DNA from: Strigamia acuminata
Taxonomy: Eukaryota
Assembly (NCBI GenBank): GCA_949358305.1
Contig: OX442314.1
Span: forward strand, 27,900,001-27,964,000
Direction: 5' to 3'
Length of the DNA: 64,000 nucleotides
Position numbers and translations under genes: made by a program
Part shown: piece by piece, positions 38,656 to 50,413 of the stretch
Layout: every line of letters starts with the position of its first letter
Position numbering within the stretch: the first letter of the stretch is position 1
The notes under the pieces: model-generated
Database searches by the model: none
Told to the model about the DNA's origin: nothing
What the model saw: only the letters and a program-made list of their open reading frames with translations

Positions 38656-39610
38656 TTATTTACTAGACAAATAGTTTGGCACTGGTCTATTTAAGACCGA
38701 GTTTTGAAAAGCATTTTGATCCACAATGGTTTTGTTATAAAACCTGGCAAATGTCTGCTCGGACGTCCAGCCCGCAACAGATAGAATTTCTTGCACGTGA
38801 ATCGTATTAGCGGCAGCACTGGTGGCTGCGGAGCGCGTCGAGTGCGCTCCGAATTCTTGTCCAACACCAATTTTCTTAAGAAAATTTTTTATCCAACGCC
38901 TTAAGGTGTCCTTGGTAGGCGCCGCATGAGGAGGTTGGAGCTTTAGGAAAAGGTAATTTCCTTTGCGTAAATCAATTGTTTTTTTGCAAAAAAACGTACA
39001 ACGCCTTAAAAGGGCAAATAGCCCGTTCTTGTAAATATGGGGCAACCCGGTAAACCGTATGGTGGCCGGCACGAGAGTTCTTGTGCATAGTTTTAGAGTT
39101 GAAAATTACGGCGTCAGTTGACATAGTCATTTCCAAGGTTTTCAATTGTTGCAGCGAGCTTACTCTAGCTGCCGTGGTTAAAGCAAGCAAAATAAGTGTC
39201 TTTTCTTGCAGACATCTCCAATCTAAGTTGTCGTGTGGCCAAAGCTTGCGTAGTTCGTTAAGAGCTAAACCCACATCCCAAGTTGCCGCGTATCGTGGCA
39301 GATTGGGTCGCAAATTTGAAACTCCTTTTAACATGCGAACAATTCTTTCGTCATCCCTGACCAAGGGAGAGATGAGGCCCGCTGCAGTGACTGCAGCCAA
39401 ATTCCCCGTGATCGTAGAAGCGGCTAGGCCTTTTTGGAACCTATCAGCGATAAAGTTAGCGGTTTTTGCGACCGCTAATCCAAGGGGCGGTTCGAGGTTG
39501 AGAGGGAGCGGATCGGGATGAGGTGTCCCTTCACCACAAAATTCTGTCCACCTCTTAACCCCTGCCGAATACGTTGAGATAGTGGTCGGTCGCCACCCGG
39601 CCGTGAACAA
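38656..39610 (-). CDS. DIRS tyrosine recombinase with a +1 frameshift in the A7 run at 38979-38985
   Basis: Catalytic motifs TTAARVSSL (R), GAHSTRSAA (HxxR), AGWT (W) and FARFY (Y) are split across ORFs 38972-39610 and 38656-39072. Removing one A restores ALYVFLQKTIDLRKGNYLF. Confidence 0.9.
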
Positions 39611-39722
39611 CTCGGCAGCGTCTCGCGAAAAGCCTTCTGTTTGGCGATCTCTCCAGAGATTTTGCAGCCAAGGAGCTGCAGGGCTTGCAAGGGGAACTCT
39701 GCATTCGGCTGGTGTTCCAACG

Positions 39723-41148
39723 TGTGACGGTTATAAAACCGTATTTTCCCAGATTTATCGCCAGACGGCGCTATTTGATTAAAAGCGCGCATTTTCGAAT
39801 GAATTGCAACAATTATAATTAATTGTTATAATGATGTGAATAAATATAAGATATTTATTAAACCTGATAAAGTATTATTTACTTAAACAATTGATTCTAC
39901 CGAATCAATATTATATTTTATATTTACTTGTTGAAGGGGACCAATCGGACCCTTCTTGACCCAATTCCATATTAGGTCCGAACCCCAGTCTCTATTAGGT
40001 CCGGACTAGTGATCCACGAATCCGTCGATCCAGGCACCTGATTGGCTATCGCCAATCTGATTGTTCTCAAGAACTATATAAGCTCTGGTTTTCTACCAGG
40101 CCTCTGGCTTGTTTTCTGTATGTTTGTATGTATTGTTGGTTATCGTTTGATTTCTCTCTTTCTTACCGACACATCAGGCCCCCTCGACTCTCATCCGACT
40201 GGATATTGTCGTTGTAGCGTCATTTCGGGAAGACTAACTCCGGTTACCAAATGGTCCCGTAACGTTAGCCAGCTGCTCTAAGGGGCAGTAGGATTTCGTA
40301 CGGTGACATAGTATAATGTTTATATACAGTTGGCCTTGCCAGATGAAAGTGGGCCCCTCAACTAACTGGCCCATGGTCGCGGTAAGGATGGTTGTTATGG
40401 ACAATCATGTGCCGCAATCTCTCAGGTCCCAGTCTTTCTATGGCTGGCCCTTCCGTACGTTAAAGGTCGGTGAAGGGCTAATATAATGTAGTTGCTCCGG
40501 GTTGGTAGCCCGTGAACGGTATACAAAATACCGTGCTAAACAAACTACTTGGATACTGGTAAATCCACTAAATGGTATATCCATTAATTAATTACCCGGC
40601 GCCTGATCACGAGATCTCGACGTCGTAAGGCATGCTGGCGGATGGAGGTGTCAAAACCTCCCGCGATGGTCCCCTCGACTATCGTGACTGTCCCCGCCCA
40701 TAAAAATAATATCTAACTTTTATTTGTTGCATTTTTATAGTTCTAGTTATATTCGAAGTCTGAATCATTCGATTGAATGATCAGCAAATTTAGATCTCGG
40801 CGAATGCGAAGGATTCTTCGCATTCAAAGTCGTTCGTGCTGCGGAGCCGAATACGTCTCCGTAGCGTTATTTGTGACGATGCCGCAAAGTCAGCCGTACC
40901 CTTCGAGCATCGCCCGGATCCTCAACCAGTGTAGCCGCCCGTTTACACGTAACCAGAACCCCGAACCATTTGTATTCGTGGAAACAAGCAGGTAAAACCG
41001 TAAGTACGTATTATTTGGTCATTTATTTATTTAGCGCACATTTCGTAGCTTATCTCGGTTAGGTTGTTGTTAGTCTTAACAACGTCTTGTTCCGACCGAT
41101 TTATCTTGTTAAATGGCTAATAAATCAGCCAAAAGTAGAATCGTCACA
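39723..41148. mobile_element. 1426-bp solo LTR (Gypsy-type) inserted in the DIRS pol ORF
   Basis: Termini TGTGACG...CGTCACA with a 4-bp target duplication AACG (39719-39722 and 41149-41152). Excision restores the frame NHLSLEHQPNAEFPLQALQLLGCKISG. Confidence 0.9.
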
Positions 41149-44100
41149 AACGACAGATGGTTCTTGGCTGGGAATGATACTGGGACGACTATCAAGCATT
41201 CCAGCAAGGGGGCGAACCACGCTTGGGTTGTCCATTTTGGAACAATGAGCAGGAGCGTCGATTGATCGCGGCGAACTTTCTGTAAAATTCTGGAGATGAG
41301 GCAGAAAGGAGGAAAAGCATAAGTATAAAATTTTTTCCAACAGTGAGAAAATGCATCTATTTTGAAGGCGGAGGGGTCGGGGCCCCAAGACATAAATTTA
41401 GGTAACTTGTTATTTAGTCTCGTCGCGAAAAGGTCTATTTCAGGTAGGCCAAATTGATTAGTAAGTAAATTAAACATAAGAATTGATAAGCTCCATTCGC
41501 CGTCGGTAGTAATGAAATTACGCGACAAATAATCGGCCACGGTGTTGTCTTTGCCCGGAATATGTACCACGGAAAAGTCAATGTCCAGTCTTTGGGCATC
41601 TTCCCAAACTAATCGACCATAATGGTGAAGTAGTTGGACCTTGCTGCCTTGGTTGCGAAAAACACTTACGACCGTGGAGCTATCTGAGTGAAATAAAATG
41701 TGTTTTTTACCGTTGAAAAGTGCGAAAACCTTCCAAGCAAACCATAATGCTAAAAGTTCTTTTACATTGATATGCAGCGAGCTCTCATCAAGAGTCCATT
41801 GACCATTTGCTTCTTGGGACCCCCAACTAGCTCCCCAACCTTTATTAGAAGCGTCGGTAAAGACTTCAGTGTCTGGGTCGCTGCGAATCAATTTTTTAGG
41901 CAAAAAATAAATGGGATTAGTCCATCTAAACAATTCAGCTGTAATATCAGGGTAATTTTGCACCAAGGTGCTATAGTTATGATTGTGTAAAAATAGTTGG
42001 CCGGTTTTAAAAGATTCTAATGGCTTTATATTCCAGAAGCCATGGAAAAGTGCCGGTTCGGCGGAGACCAGATTTCCAATAAATACGGCCAATTCTTGGA
42101 TAGTAAAATATTCCAGTGAAAGGAGCTGTGAAGCTAATTTTGTGATCTTTTTAATTTTCCTATCTGGAAGAGAAACTTCCATCTTTCTAGAGTCCAAGGT
42201 TAAGCCCAGAAATTCCATTCTGGTTTTGGGGGCAAATTCAGACTTTTCCCAGTTTATACAAAGACCTAAACCCTGAAAGAAATCGATAACGTCGCTACAA
42301 GCGACTTCTGCCTCGTTAAAACTGTCGCATAAAAATATGCCGTCATCTAGATAAGGGATCCCACAGATACCCCAAGTCCGCAGTTCGGCGAAGACCGGAC
42401 ACATGACCTTAGTAAAGGTCCGTGGAGCGCTAGCCAGGCCCATTGGCATGACCTGGTACTCGAAGAGTTGGCCTTGCCATAAAAATCGAACAAACTTTTT
42501 GTATTCGGCCCGTATTGGTAAAAGGTAAAACGCGTTAGTAAGATCAATTTTGAACATGTATTGGCCCTGCTTTAGGAGATTAATGGCGTCTTTCAGAGAG
42601 GCCATCTTAAAATGGAGATACTCTAAGCTCTCATTAAATTTCTTTAAATTAAGAATAATTCTTACAGTCCCGTCAGGTTTTGGCACAGCGAAAATGGGGC
42701 TCAAATATTCGCCCTCGACATGTTGTACTGGTTTAATTATGCCTTGATGGCAGAGTTTATCAACCGCTTGAGAAATAGCAAGGGTTTCAGTGGCTGACAT
42801 TTTATATTCCGTTCTTTTCGCTTGCGTGGGTTGATCACAGATCAAGTCAAATTCAATTCCCGACAGGGAAGATAAAATAAAGGGGTTCTTGGTAATTTTA
42901 CGCCAAGCTGGCAGGTATTTCTTTAAAATACCTGGTTCAAATGATAGATGCATTTTTTCCGAAATTAATTTTTTATTTCTTACAAATTCGACAGGAGATT
43001 CGGGAAACGTTATTTCTTCTGCGGTCGTCCGCGCTGGCTCTTCCCCCAATCTGCAACAAGAATCGGTATTAGAGAAAGGAAATTCATATTTGGAACACAC
43101 AGCGTTCGTACAATTAGATTTTTTAAAATCAAAATTCCTTGAATTATCCGAGCGCTTATTGGAGTCGTACCGGTTGTAAGGCGTGTAACGACGGGCAGTT
43201 CTCTCCTTGTCCTTTCTGGATTCAGTTTTGTCAACTGTAGCTTTAACCGTCATTCTCTTTAATTCGTCGTACTCTTTTAGCTGTTTGGGTAAATCGGGGC
43301 CAAAGAGGTCGAAAGGGAAAACAACTTTCCCTTTCGCGAATTGTTTGTATTTCGGGGCTAGCGAATCGGCGAAGTCCGTACGTCTCCGTAGCGTAGCCGC
43401 AGCATTCATTGCCCCTAGAAGCGTCATTGCTTCGGCAATTTGTGCTTTCAACGTGCTGGGGTCCATTTTCCCGGACACGATGTCCTTCAAGGCCGAGGCC
43501 AAGGGAATGTACGTTTTCAAGATGGAGCGTTGCAATTTCTGCGTGGTTGTATCCCTGGACTTTACCCAAGGTTGAAGGTCAGAGAAAAAGGTTCCGTCCA
43601 TTTTCGGCGGCTCCAGATATTTGGCATTCTCCGGAATTACCAACTTCTCGACAAGTTTGTCCCTATGCTCAGTAGTAGTATGGAACAGTGACTTACTGAC
43701 CAGGGCTTCCAATTCCTCTGGCCAAGCATCGCCGAAGGTCGTTTCGTCGCCCAAAAGAATGGAAACATCGGCAAAACCACTCGTGGGATTTGGTGTGGCC
43801 GGTAGGCCGACAGGGACCAGAATAATCTGGTTTCCGTTAACTGTTCCGACTCCATTAACAAGGGAGTTGACGATCCCAGGGTTTGGCAACGTTGCCGACC
43901 CGTTAGCGGTAAGCGAGACTGGTACGACACCTGGTCCGCCCGCGGGAATATTGGTGATTTGCGTTTGAACGACGGCCGTTCTCGCAGTTTGGGCAGGGAC
44001 CAAAGAACGCATCAAGGTATGCAAATCTGCTATGCTGTTGGTCAGCACATCTATTCGTTTATTCATCCTTCTTGGTGAAGGTGGCGGTGATTTTTCGGTC

Positions 44101-44210
44101 ACAACGATCGTGTGGTCCGTTTGGTCAGTTAGGCCCGATTGGTCTTCCGCGTGGTCTTCTTCGGTATCGTTAATAGTTGGGTAATTCATAACTTTAAAGT
44201 GAGAATACAT
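41109..44210 (-). CDS. DIRS Gag-like/RT/RNase H/adenine-methyltransferase-like polyprotein (true C-terminus continues at 39718-39475)
   Basis: RT motifs IDLTNAFY, MPMGLASAPRTF and YLDD. RNase H FTDASNKGWGA, HINVKEL and NTVADYLSR. MT-like IDLFAT and YAFPPF. Confidence 0.93.
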   Translation of the reverse strand: MYSHFKVMNYPTINDTEEDHAEDQSGLTDQTDHTIVVTEKSPPPSPRRMNKRIDVLTNSIADLHTLMRSLVPAQTARTAVVQTQITNIPAGGPGVVPVSLTANGSATLPNPGIVNSLVNGVGTVNGNQIILVPVGLPATPNPTSGFADVSILLGDETTFGDAWPEELEALVSKSLFHTTTEHRDKLVEKLVIPENAKYLEPPKMDGTFFSDLQPWVKSRDTTTQKLQRSILKTYIPLASALKDIVSGKMDPSTLKAQIAEAMTLLGAMNAAATLRRRTDFADSLAPKYKQFAKGKVVFPFDLFGPDLPKQLKEYDELKRMTVKATVDKTESRKDKERTARRYTPYNRYDSNKRSDNSRNFDFKKSNCTNAVCSKYEFPFSNTDSCCRLGEEPARTTAEEITFPESPVEFVRNKKLISEKMHLSFEPGILKKYLPAWRKITKNPFILSSLSGIEFDLICDQPTQAKRTEYKMSATETLAISQAVDKLCHQGIIKPVQHVEGEYLSPIFAVPKPDGTVRIILNLKKFNESLEYLHFKMASLKDAINLLKQGQYMFKIDLTNAFYLLPIRAEYKKFVRFLWQGQLFEYQVMPMGLASAPRTFTKVMCPVFAELRTWGICGIPYLDDGIFLCDSFNEAEVACSDVIDFFQGLGLCINWEKSEFAPKTRMEFLGLTLDSRKMEVSLPDRKIKKITKLASQLLSLEYFTIQELAVFIGNLVSAEPALFHGFWNIKPLESFKTGQLFLHNHNYSTLVQNYPDITAELFRWTNPIYFLPKKLIRSDPDTEVFTDASNKGWGASWGSQEANGQWTLDESSLHINVKELLALWFAWKVFALFNGKKHILFHSDSSTVVSVFRNQGSKVQLLHHYGRLVWEDAQRLDIDFSVVHIPGKDNTVADYLSRNFITTDGEWSLSILMFNLLTNQFGLPEIDLFATRLNNKLPKFMSWGPDPSAFKIDAFSHCWKKFYTYAFPPFCLISRILQKVRRDQSTLLLIVPKWTTQAWFAPLLECLIVVPVSFPAKNHLSFVTILLLADLLAI

Positions 44211-44886
44211 ACAAAACTTTATAACTAGAAAAAAGATAAAGTGTTATAAAGTGGTTCGAATTAAACAATCCTTGGAAAAAAGGACAAAAAACGATAAAAT
44301 TAACAAATTTTTTCTTGTAGAGCATTCGAACCTGACCGCGCAACCCGTTAGTAGAACCGGAAGTGACGTAACCCGACTAGTAGCGCCATCTCCTGTTAAG
44401 CCGAAGATTACTGAGAGAGAGTGTCGGTAGTTGGCTGAAATAGTGTAGTGATAAGGAAAAATTTATCATTTTTCCCTTACACTATTTTTATACCGTATAG
44501 TCTTTAACTGTAAGGGAAAAATGCATCCCGCAAACTCTCTAATATGTTTTTTACTACAGTCGATATATCGACCAAATACCGATAAAATGAGCGGGACCTT
44601 TATTACCTTGTACAAAATGATATTTTATGGTTCTCAGTCTTGTACAGTCACGACATATTTGTCGGATGTATGTACCGGATGCTGATACACATAAACTGCC
44701 ATCGAGTAGACACTTAACAGTTGCCAACGCAAATCAACAAACCACGAATAATAAACAACAGTCTAATCAAGTCATTTACATAGCGAAGACGTACTTCCAT
44801 TTTAGCAATCCCCTTTAGTTGAATTGTGTCTTTGTCGATTCAAGAACTAGTCATAATCTATATAACCATACAGAATTTTTACTTGC

Positions 44887-47800
44887 ATGATGCACATTTC
44901 AGGAATATTTATCTTCTACTTATTCTCTGGATGCATAAACATTTCAACAGGTAATCTATTCTATTAGAAATAAACATTTTTGAAAGAAATTATGCAAAGT
45001 GTATGTTTATTTATCTTTTCTTTAAGCATGGGAAAATAATTTGTCACATAAATTTTCCTTTTCTGGTTGTAATAATCAAATCAATTTTCAATTATCTCAT
45101 ATCCTGCAAATCACGAATTCAAGACGAATACTAATCATTTATCAAGATTTTTATGGTAACTAAATTCTACATTTCAAGTTTCTATTTACCAATTTTTTTT
45201 TTATAATTATAGCGCCATACTGTTTGTTGAAATGGATCCATTCCAATTGTACCGAAAAAATAGAAATATCAGCACAACAATTTACTAATACATCACTCGA
45301 TCTCAATTATGCTCCTTATCAGCTGATTCTGATTTGGACAGAAAGTTTTGAGCAAGTAAAGATCTTACAACACTTCCAGAGTCCTTAAGCTAATTAATCC
45401 TCTATTTGATACAAAAAACAAATCTTCATTACAGCTTGCTCATTATTATTCCACCTCAATTGAAAACAAAGTATTGGTATTTGTCATCGATGACACACGA
45501 GGAACTGGACATCAAAACCATGATCTAGATTTGAACTTATTACAGGACCTAATCATATGGAGACAAAATGAAGTCTATCTACTGACAAATTTTCCAGACA
45601 ATAATGTAAGAGTCAATAGTAGTTAAATGTTACTGTATGTGCACAGAATGTTCATCTTATCACGCATTTCTAAAGTATCAGATCCAAAAATGTACAAAAG
45701 GGAAGCCATTTATGGTTTCTGCAACGACTGAGCACACAGGCATGTTGAGGCCCCATTTCTGATGTTTCGGTTAATTTTTCATATAAAAAAAGGCATTTTG
45801 AGCATAAAAAATGCATTTTTCATGCATTTTTGCATTTGAGATGTACAGTCGTGTTCGAAAAAACTGGACCCTCACTCTATGCTGGCAATTGAAATTGTGA
45901 ATAATTTCATATTTTGCCACTAAGTGAAACACCACACGTCAACAGGTGCACTCATAAAGTCATTTAAATTTGTTATATTTTGAAAAAAATATAAACAAGT
46001 TTAAATGACACATTTGCTCTTCAAAATAATAACACATGTGTTATTATTGTTCAAAATAATAACACATGTGTTATTATTGTAATTAGTGTACACTATTTAC
46101 ATTATTCAAATTGGAATTAATTTTTTTTCTTTACATCAATTTATAGAATTTTAGCTTGTTTGCACTGAAACATCAATTTAATGAAAACATATTTACAAAA
46201 TCAAACTTGGGCTTAAATTGTGCAAAACAACAAATATGTCAATTCCAAATAATGTCTCAAACAACTTTGCTTCTCAAAAAAAAAAAGTTTACTGTAGGAC
46301 TGGTAAATTAAGCGTTAAAAATTGTAAATAATATTCCATGTATTTGTTATTTTTTTTATTCTGTGTAGAAAAAAGGGATAAAATACAATGCTGATTTACT
46401 ATTCGATGAAATTCTACATGGCATAATCAATAAAATGGGTAGTTTCTGGTAATGCTTTTGTTAAAATTTAAACCACCCTTTTCAGTAAGTTGATCAAAAA
46501 TTCACACATATTTGTAGCTCAATGGCCAACTTTTCAGTCGAGGAAGGTACCGATTATAGTGTAATGTTCAAACAGAAAGTATGTTGATAATATTAGTTAT
46601 AATAAACAATTTCCGCAATCACTCACTTTTGTAACCAGTGGTACACATACACATCTAAAGATATTTTTCCATTCCACTAATATACAGGGTGTTTCGATTA
46701 AGACGTTACAGTCAATTTCCAGAATAAGTATATGCTTTTTCAAAAACCAAGCAGACTAGCCTGTAGCAAAGTATGGATGACGAATCCAATAGTGTAATCA
46801 AATTTTATGCCAGACATGCAACAATGCACTTTTCATTCGCACGCTAACCTGTTAACTGATCGAGATAGTGCTTTACAACTTTGTAATTGGAAATTTTGCT
46901 CTATCAAATTAGTACTATCCAACCTACCTCTTAGTCATTTTAAGTTAACTGTTTTTTTTTTTTAAAAAAGATAAACAAATCAGCAAATTGAGATTTTTTA
47001 TTCTTGTGAAAATAAAATAATTTAAACATTAAAACAAGAAAGTGGTTTTTCTTGTTTACTTGCATAATAATGCAAATTTGAATACATTTATTGAAGAAAT
47101 TCAGTACTTTTGCAGTAGAAATTTAAGTTTTGTCACAATAAAATAAAAACATTTAACTTAAGATGACGAAGATAGGTTGGATAGTACTAATTTGATGGTG
47201 CTCTACAACTTTGTAATTGGAAATTTTGCTCTATCTCAACCAGTTAACGGGTTAGCGCATGAAAAGTGCATTGTTGCATGTCTGGCATAAAATTTGATTA
47301 CACCATTGGATTCGTCATCCATACTTTGCTGTAGGCTAGTCTATTTGGTTTTATGAAAAAGCTGATACTTATTATGGAAATTGACTGTAACGTCTTGAAC
47401 GAAACACCCTGTGTACTGTATACGTGTATGTACAGTATATACCGGTATATAGTTAAATCTATTTTTAACTATAAGAGAACATAATTAAAAAATTCATTTA
47501 CAGTTCATCATTACCTATCGTTTTATTAGCAAATTGACATACCCAGGGGAGTATTTGGAATCGATGCTCATCGTGTTTTCAATTACGACTTTACGGTATT
47601 TCCATGCAAACGAGACGCATTTGGACTAGCCATACGGCAAGACAGCAACATTAACGAATACTTATGGATGACATTTTTCAAACCATTTTCCCCGGGTGTT
47701 TGGTTGTGTATTTTAGCCTCGTATGTCATCCTTGAACTATGTCTGGCTTTAATAACCAAATACTATAAGAATACCACCACAACTTCAGGTAATATCACCT

Positions 47801-48837
47801 TAATAAGATTGTTAATCAATTCACAAATCATTTTTTATTATTCTTCAAAGTTTTTACAATTACTTCAACTAGAAACTTCTTTCGACTGCTAATTACGTTA
47901 AGCTACAGTGTAGTGTTGTATGCATCACTCACTGTTACAACATCACGATTCCAATACAATAGTATTCAAGACATATTGTTGGATAACAGAGTGAACGTAT
48001 ACTCTTTTGGAAACCGTTTCGTCTACATGCAAATCAAGGTACGGTAATGGAAAAAATATGAAAGACTACATTAACATGCCCTAAAAGTGAATTCGTTGAT
48101 ATGCTTTTAATTCTGTCTCACTCTTGCTGGAATTAATTGGCAATCTAGTAAAATTCGTAGCAGTGGCTTGCCACGTTGCCAGTAAAGCCGCGCCTACCGT
48201 ACGTAGTGGAGTCTAACCTTGATATTTGTTGACGCTGATTAATTTGTGTGTAACTGCAGGAAGAAAAAATTTTCTCGAACAATTTTTCTTAATTGCAGAA
48301 CGCGGAAACAAAACTTACACAAGAAATTTGGAATCGTATGGAAAGAAGTCCCAATAAAGGAAACATATCGGATGAAGATGCTGAAGTAGTTCTTTCGAAA
48401 AATTACAATGCCATCATTAGTACATACGTTAAACTGAAGAGAAAATATAACTCAAACTGCAGCTTGCATTATATAAAAATCCCTATTGCGTTCTCAGGAT
48501 ATTACATATTTAATAAAAAATCCAAATATGTAGATTCATTTAATCAGAAGTGAGTCCTGATGTGCATTTAAAATGACTTGCAATTTAAAATTAAACTCCA
48601 ATTATACATTTCAGCATCTTGAAGTTAAAAGAAACAGGAATCATGAACAAACTTAGCGATCAGTCCAAACCAGCAACACTATGCAAAACAACAAATTTCA
48701 CCCAAAAGCCCATCTCTATTTATCACACAATCACAGCATTCCTTATTGTCATTGGAGGAATTTTAGGATCTGGCATAACATTTCTCCTGGAATTTATTTT
48801 GGACAAAGTTTTTACCTGGCACCGTCCACGTGACTAA
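44887..48837 (+). CDS. Divergent ionotropic receptor (iGluR/IR family), about 11 exons
   Basis: Signal-peptide exon 44887-44950, then exons at about 45027-45155, 45213-45355, 45435-45605, 46148-46303, 46369-46448, 46518-46578, 47530-47788, 47851-48038, 48299-48549 and 48615-48837, joined in phase. S1 QIDI...R...YDFT, M1 FFKPFSPGVWLCIL, M3 SYSVVLYASLT, S2 SKYVDSFNQ..LKLKETGIM, M4 AFLIVIGGILGSGITFLLE. Confidence 0.82.
46685..47411. mobile_element. Tc1/mariner-like MITE in an IR intron
   Basis: Long inverted repeats (about 180 bp) beginning cagggtgtttcg and ending cgaaacaccctg. The left flank is TA. A second internal inverted pair lies at about 46905-46950 and 47152-47195. Confidence 0.88.
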
Positions 48838-49353
48838 AACAAACTGTCTTACGTGCACAATTTCAAACTCTAAATAAAGCAAGAACACTTTCCTATATTC
48901 ACTCAAATGTAAAATAATAAATGTTCCAAAAATTATAGAATTGCATTGTTCGCATCCAACCAGTCCAAAACTTTAGGTTTCGCAGTTTGTTTAGTGTTAT
49001 TTGTCCTGACCATGAATAGATTGTGATAAATGTCCCAAACCACCACCAACACAAGTAAAACAAACAAAAACTGGAAATTAAGTAACGATGGAATGAGCCA
49101 AAAATAATGTCCGATTGATGGCGTCTTGCTTGGTCCTGGTTTGACCAGCAGTGTTTTATAGACTGACTTATTGCGCGTGCTTACACTGCTTACATTTACT
49201 GTTTTTGGAATAATAGATTTGTACTAGTGCATTTAAAATGGATTAAATGAAAAATGAATATTGGTCTATTTGATGTAGATGAATTTTTGAACTGAATTTC
49301 GTATTTCATCAAACCATTTTTTAAATTGTGATATAATATTTAATGAAACAGTA

Positions 49354-49560
49354 TCGATAAAATGAGCGGGACCTTTATTATCTTGTAGAAAATGATAATT
49401 TATGGTTCTCAGTCTTGTACAGTCACGACATATTTGTAGGAAGTATATACCAGATGCTATTAAACATAAATTGCTATCGAGTAAACAGTTAAGAGTTGCC
49501 ATGGTAAACCAACAAACCAATAATAACAAACAACAGTCTAATGATGTCATTTAAACAGCG
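49354..49560 (+). repeat. Copy of the IR upstream segment (other copies at about 44580-44790 and 63227-63420)
   Basis: gataaaatgagc...tttatggttctcagtc...cacgacatatttgt...agttgcca....aaa.caacaaac is shared by all three copies. Confidence 0.85.
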
Positions 49561-49584
49561 AGGTTGCGAGGTTGTGCTATGATT

Positions 49585-49782
49585 ACGCAAGAAGTTATTA
49601 CACCAAAAACCTATGAATAGACAATACAATCACCAGAAAAAGATGCATGGAAAGAGGCGATGGAATGGGATCAATAAGAAAACACAAAGTTGGGAAAATA
49701 ATGACATTGCCTAAAGGAGACAAAGCTGTAAAATCAAAGTCAATTTACAAACTGAAAACTAATCCAGATGGATGATATGGTC
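49585..49782 (+). mobile_element. Ty1/copia reverse-transcriptase relic (target of the Gypsy insertion)
   Basis: Decayed translation TPKTYE*TIQSPEKDAWKEAME / LPKGDKAVKSKSIYKLKTNPDG resembles the start of copia RT (EP.TY.EA...W..AM..E...LP.G.K...KW..K.K...DG). Confidence 0.75.
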
Positions 49783-50413
49783 TGTCGTGATTCGACTTTG
49801 TGGTTAAAGATAATAAATAATACACTCGGGAATACAATATATTTCAAATACTGCTTTATTAAAACACGCTTACTAATACAAATATAAGTCAAGATGTTTC
49901 CTGTGTTGGTCCTCGGATTCGGCTGCGAATACGAGTTGCCGCTAAACAATGGCGGATCCAATTGTTTAGTCCTACGCGTGGTCTATGTTTGTTGTCTAGG
50001 GTATTTCCACGTGTTATTATGAACACGCGAGAATTCGCTTTCTCGTGCGAATTAAACGAATATCGTTCGAATATTTATTCTAGCGTAGATTGGCTACGCT
50101 AAATAAATGTGGCTGTTGTACAGTTGAAATGGTCAGCGGGCACCGGTCCTCGATCAATCCGTGAAACGGCCTGAAAGGTGAGGTAAATGGTGCTCTTGCT
50201 GAAATGTGGTAACTGTAGTGTCGTTTCCGGTCAAGCATTGGCTATATATATTAACCGGAAATGACGTCATATGCAAATCCTTCTGATTATGCAGGTTCGC
50301 AGAAACACGCGACTAGTCAGTCTAGTCGGTATTTCTAGCGCGCTCTAGTGGCGAGTATTAGTAACACAATAATCACCGCTAATTACTTCTTCAGGTGATG
50401 CTGAATCACCACA
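49783..50413 (-). repeat. 3' LTR of the Gypsy element
   Basis: Direct repeat of 60914-61544, preceded on the minus strand by the PPT. Confidence 0.97.

Larger units (their letters stand above)
38112..44424 (-). mobile_element. DIRS1-type tyrosine-recombinase retrotransposon with inverted terminal repeats and an internal complementary region
   Basis: ITR core 38191-38232 is inverted at 44364-44395. The ICR at about 38397-38520 is complementary to both outer ends (38112-38195 and 44391-44420). RT/RH/MT and YR ORFs lie inside. Confidence 0.95.
37760..44539. mobile_element. TA-flanked MITE (about 470 bp of its own sequence) split by the DIRS element
   Basis: Terminal inverted repeats tagaaagtttgcgggatgcatttttccctta (37758-37788) and taagggaaaaatgcatcccgcaaactctcta (44511-44541) match at 30 of 31 positions. 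Confidence 0.75.

Noticed and set aside
45676..45740. Possible extra IR exon
   Set aside because: It needs a GC donor and its phase does not fit the next exon; the flanking exons join in phase without it.
46021..46080. Duplicated 30-bp unit containing the palindrome aataacacatgtgttatt
   Set aside because: It lies in probable intronic transposon debris, with no further evidence of function.
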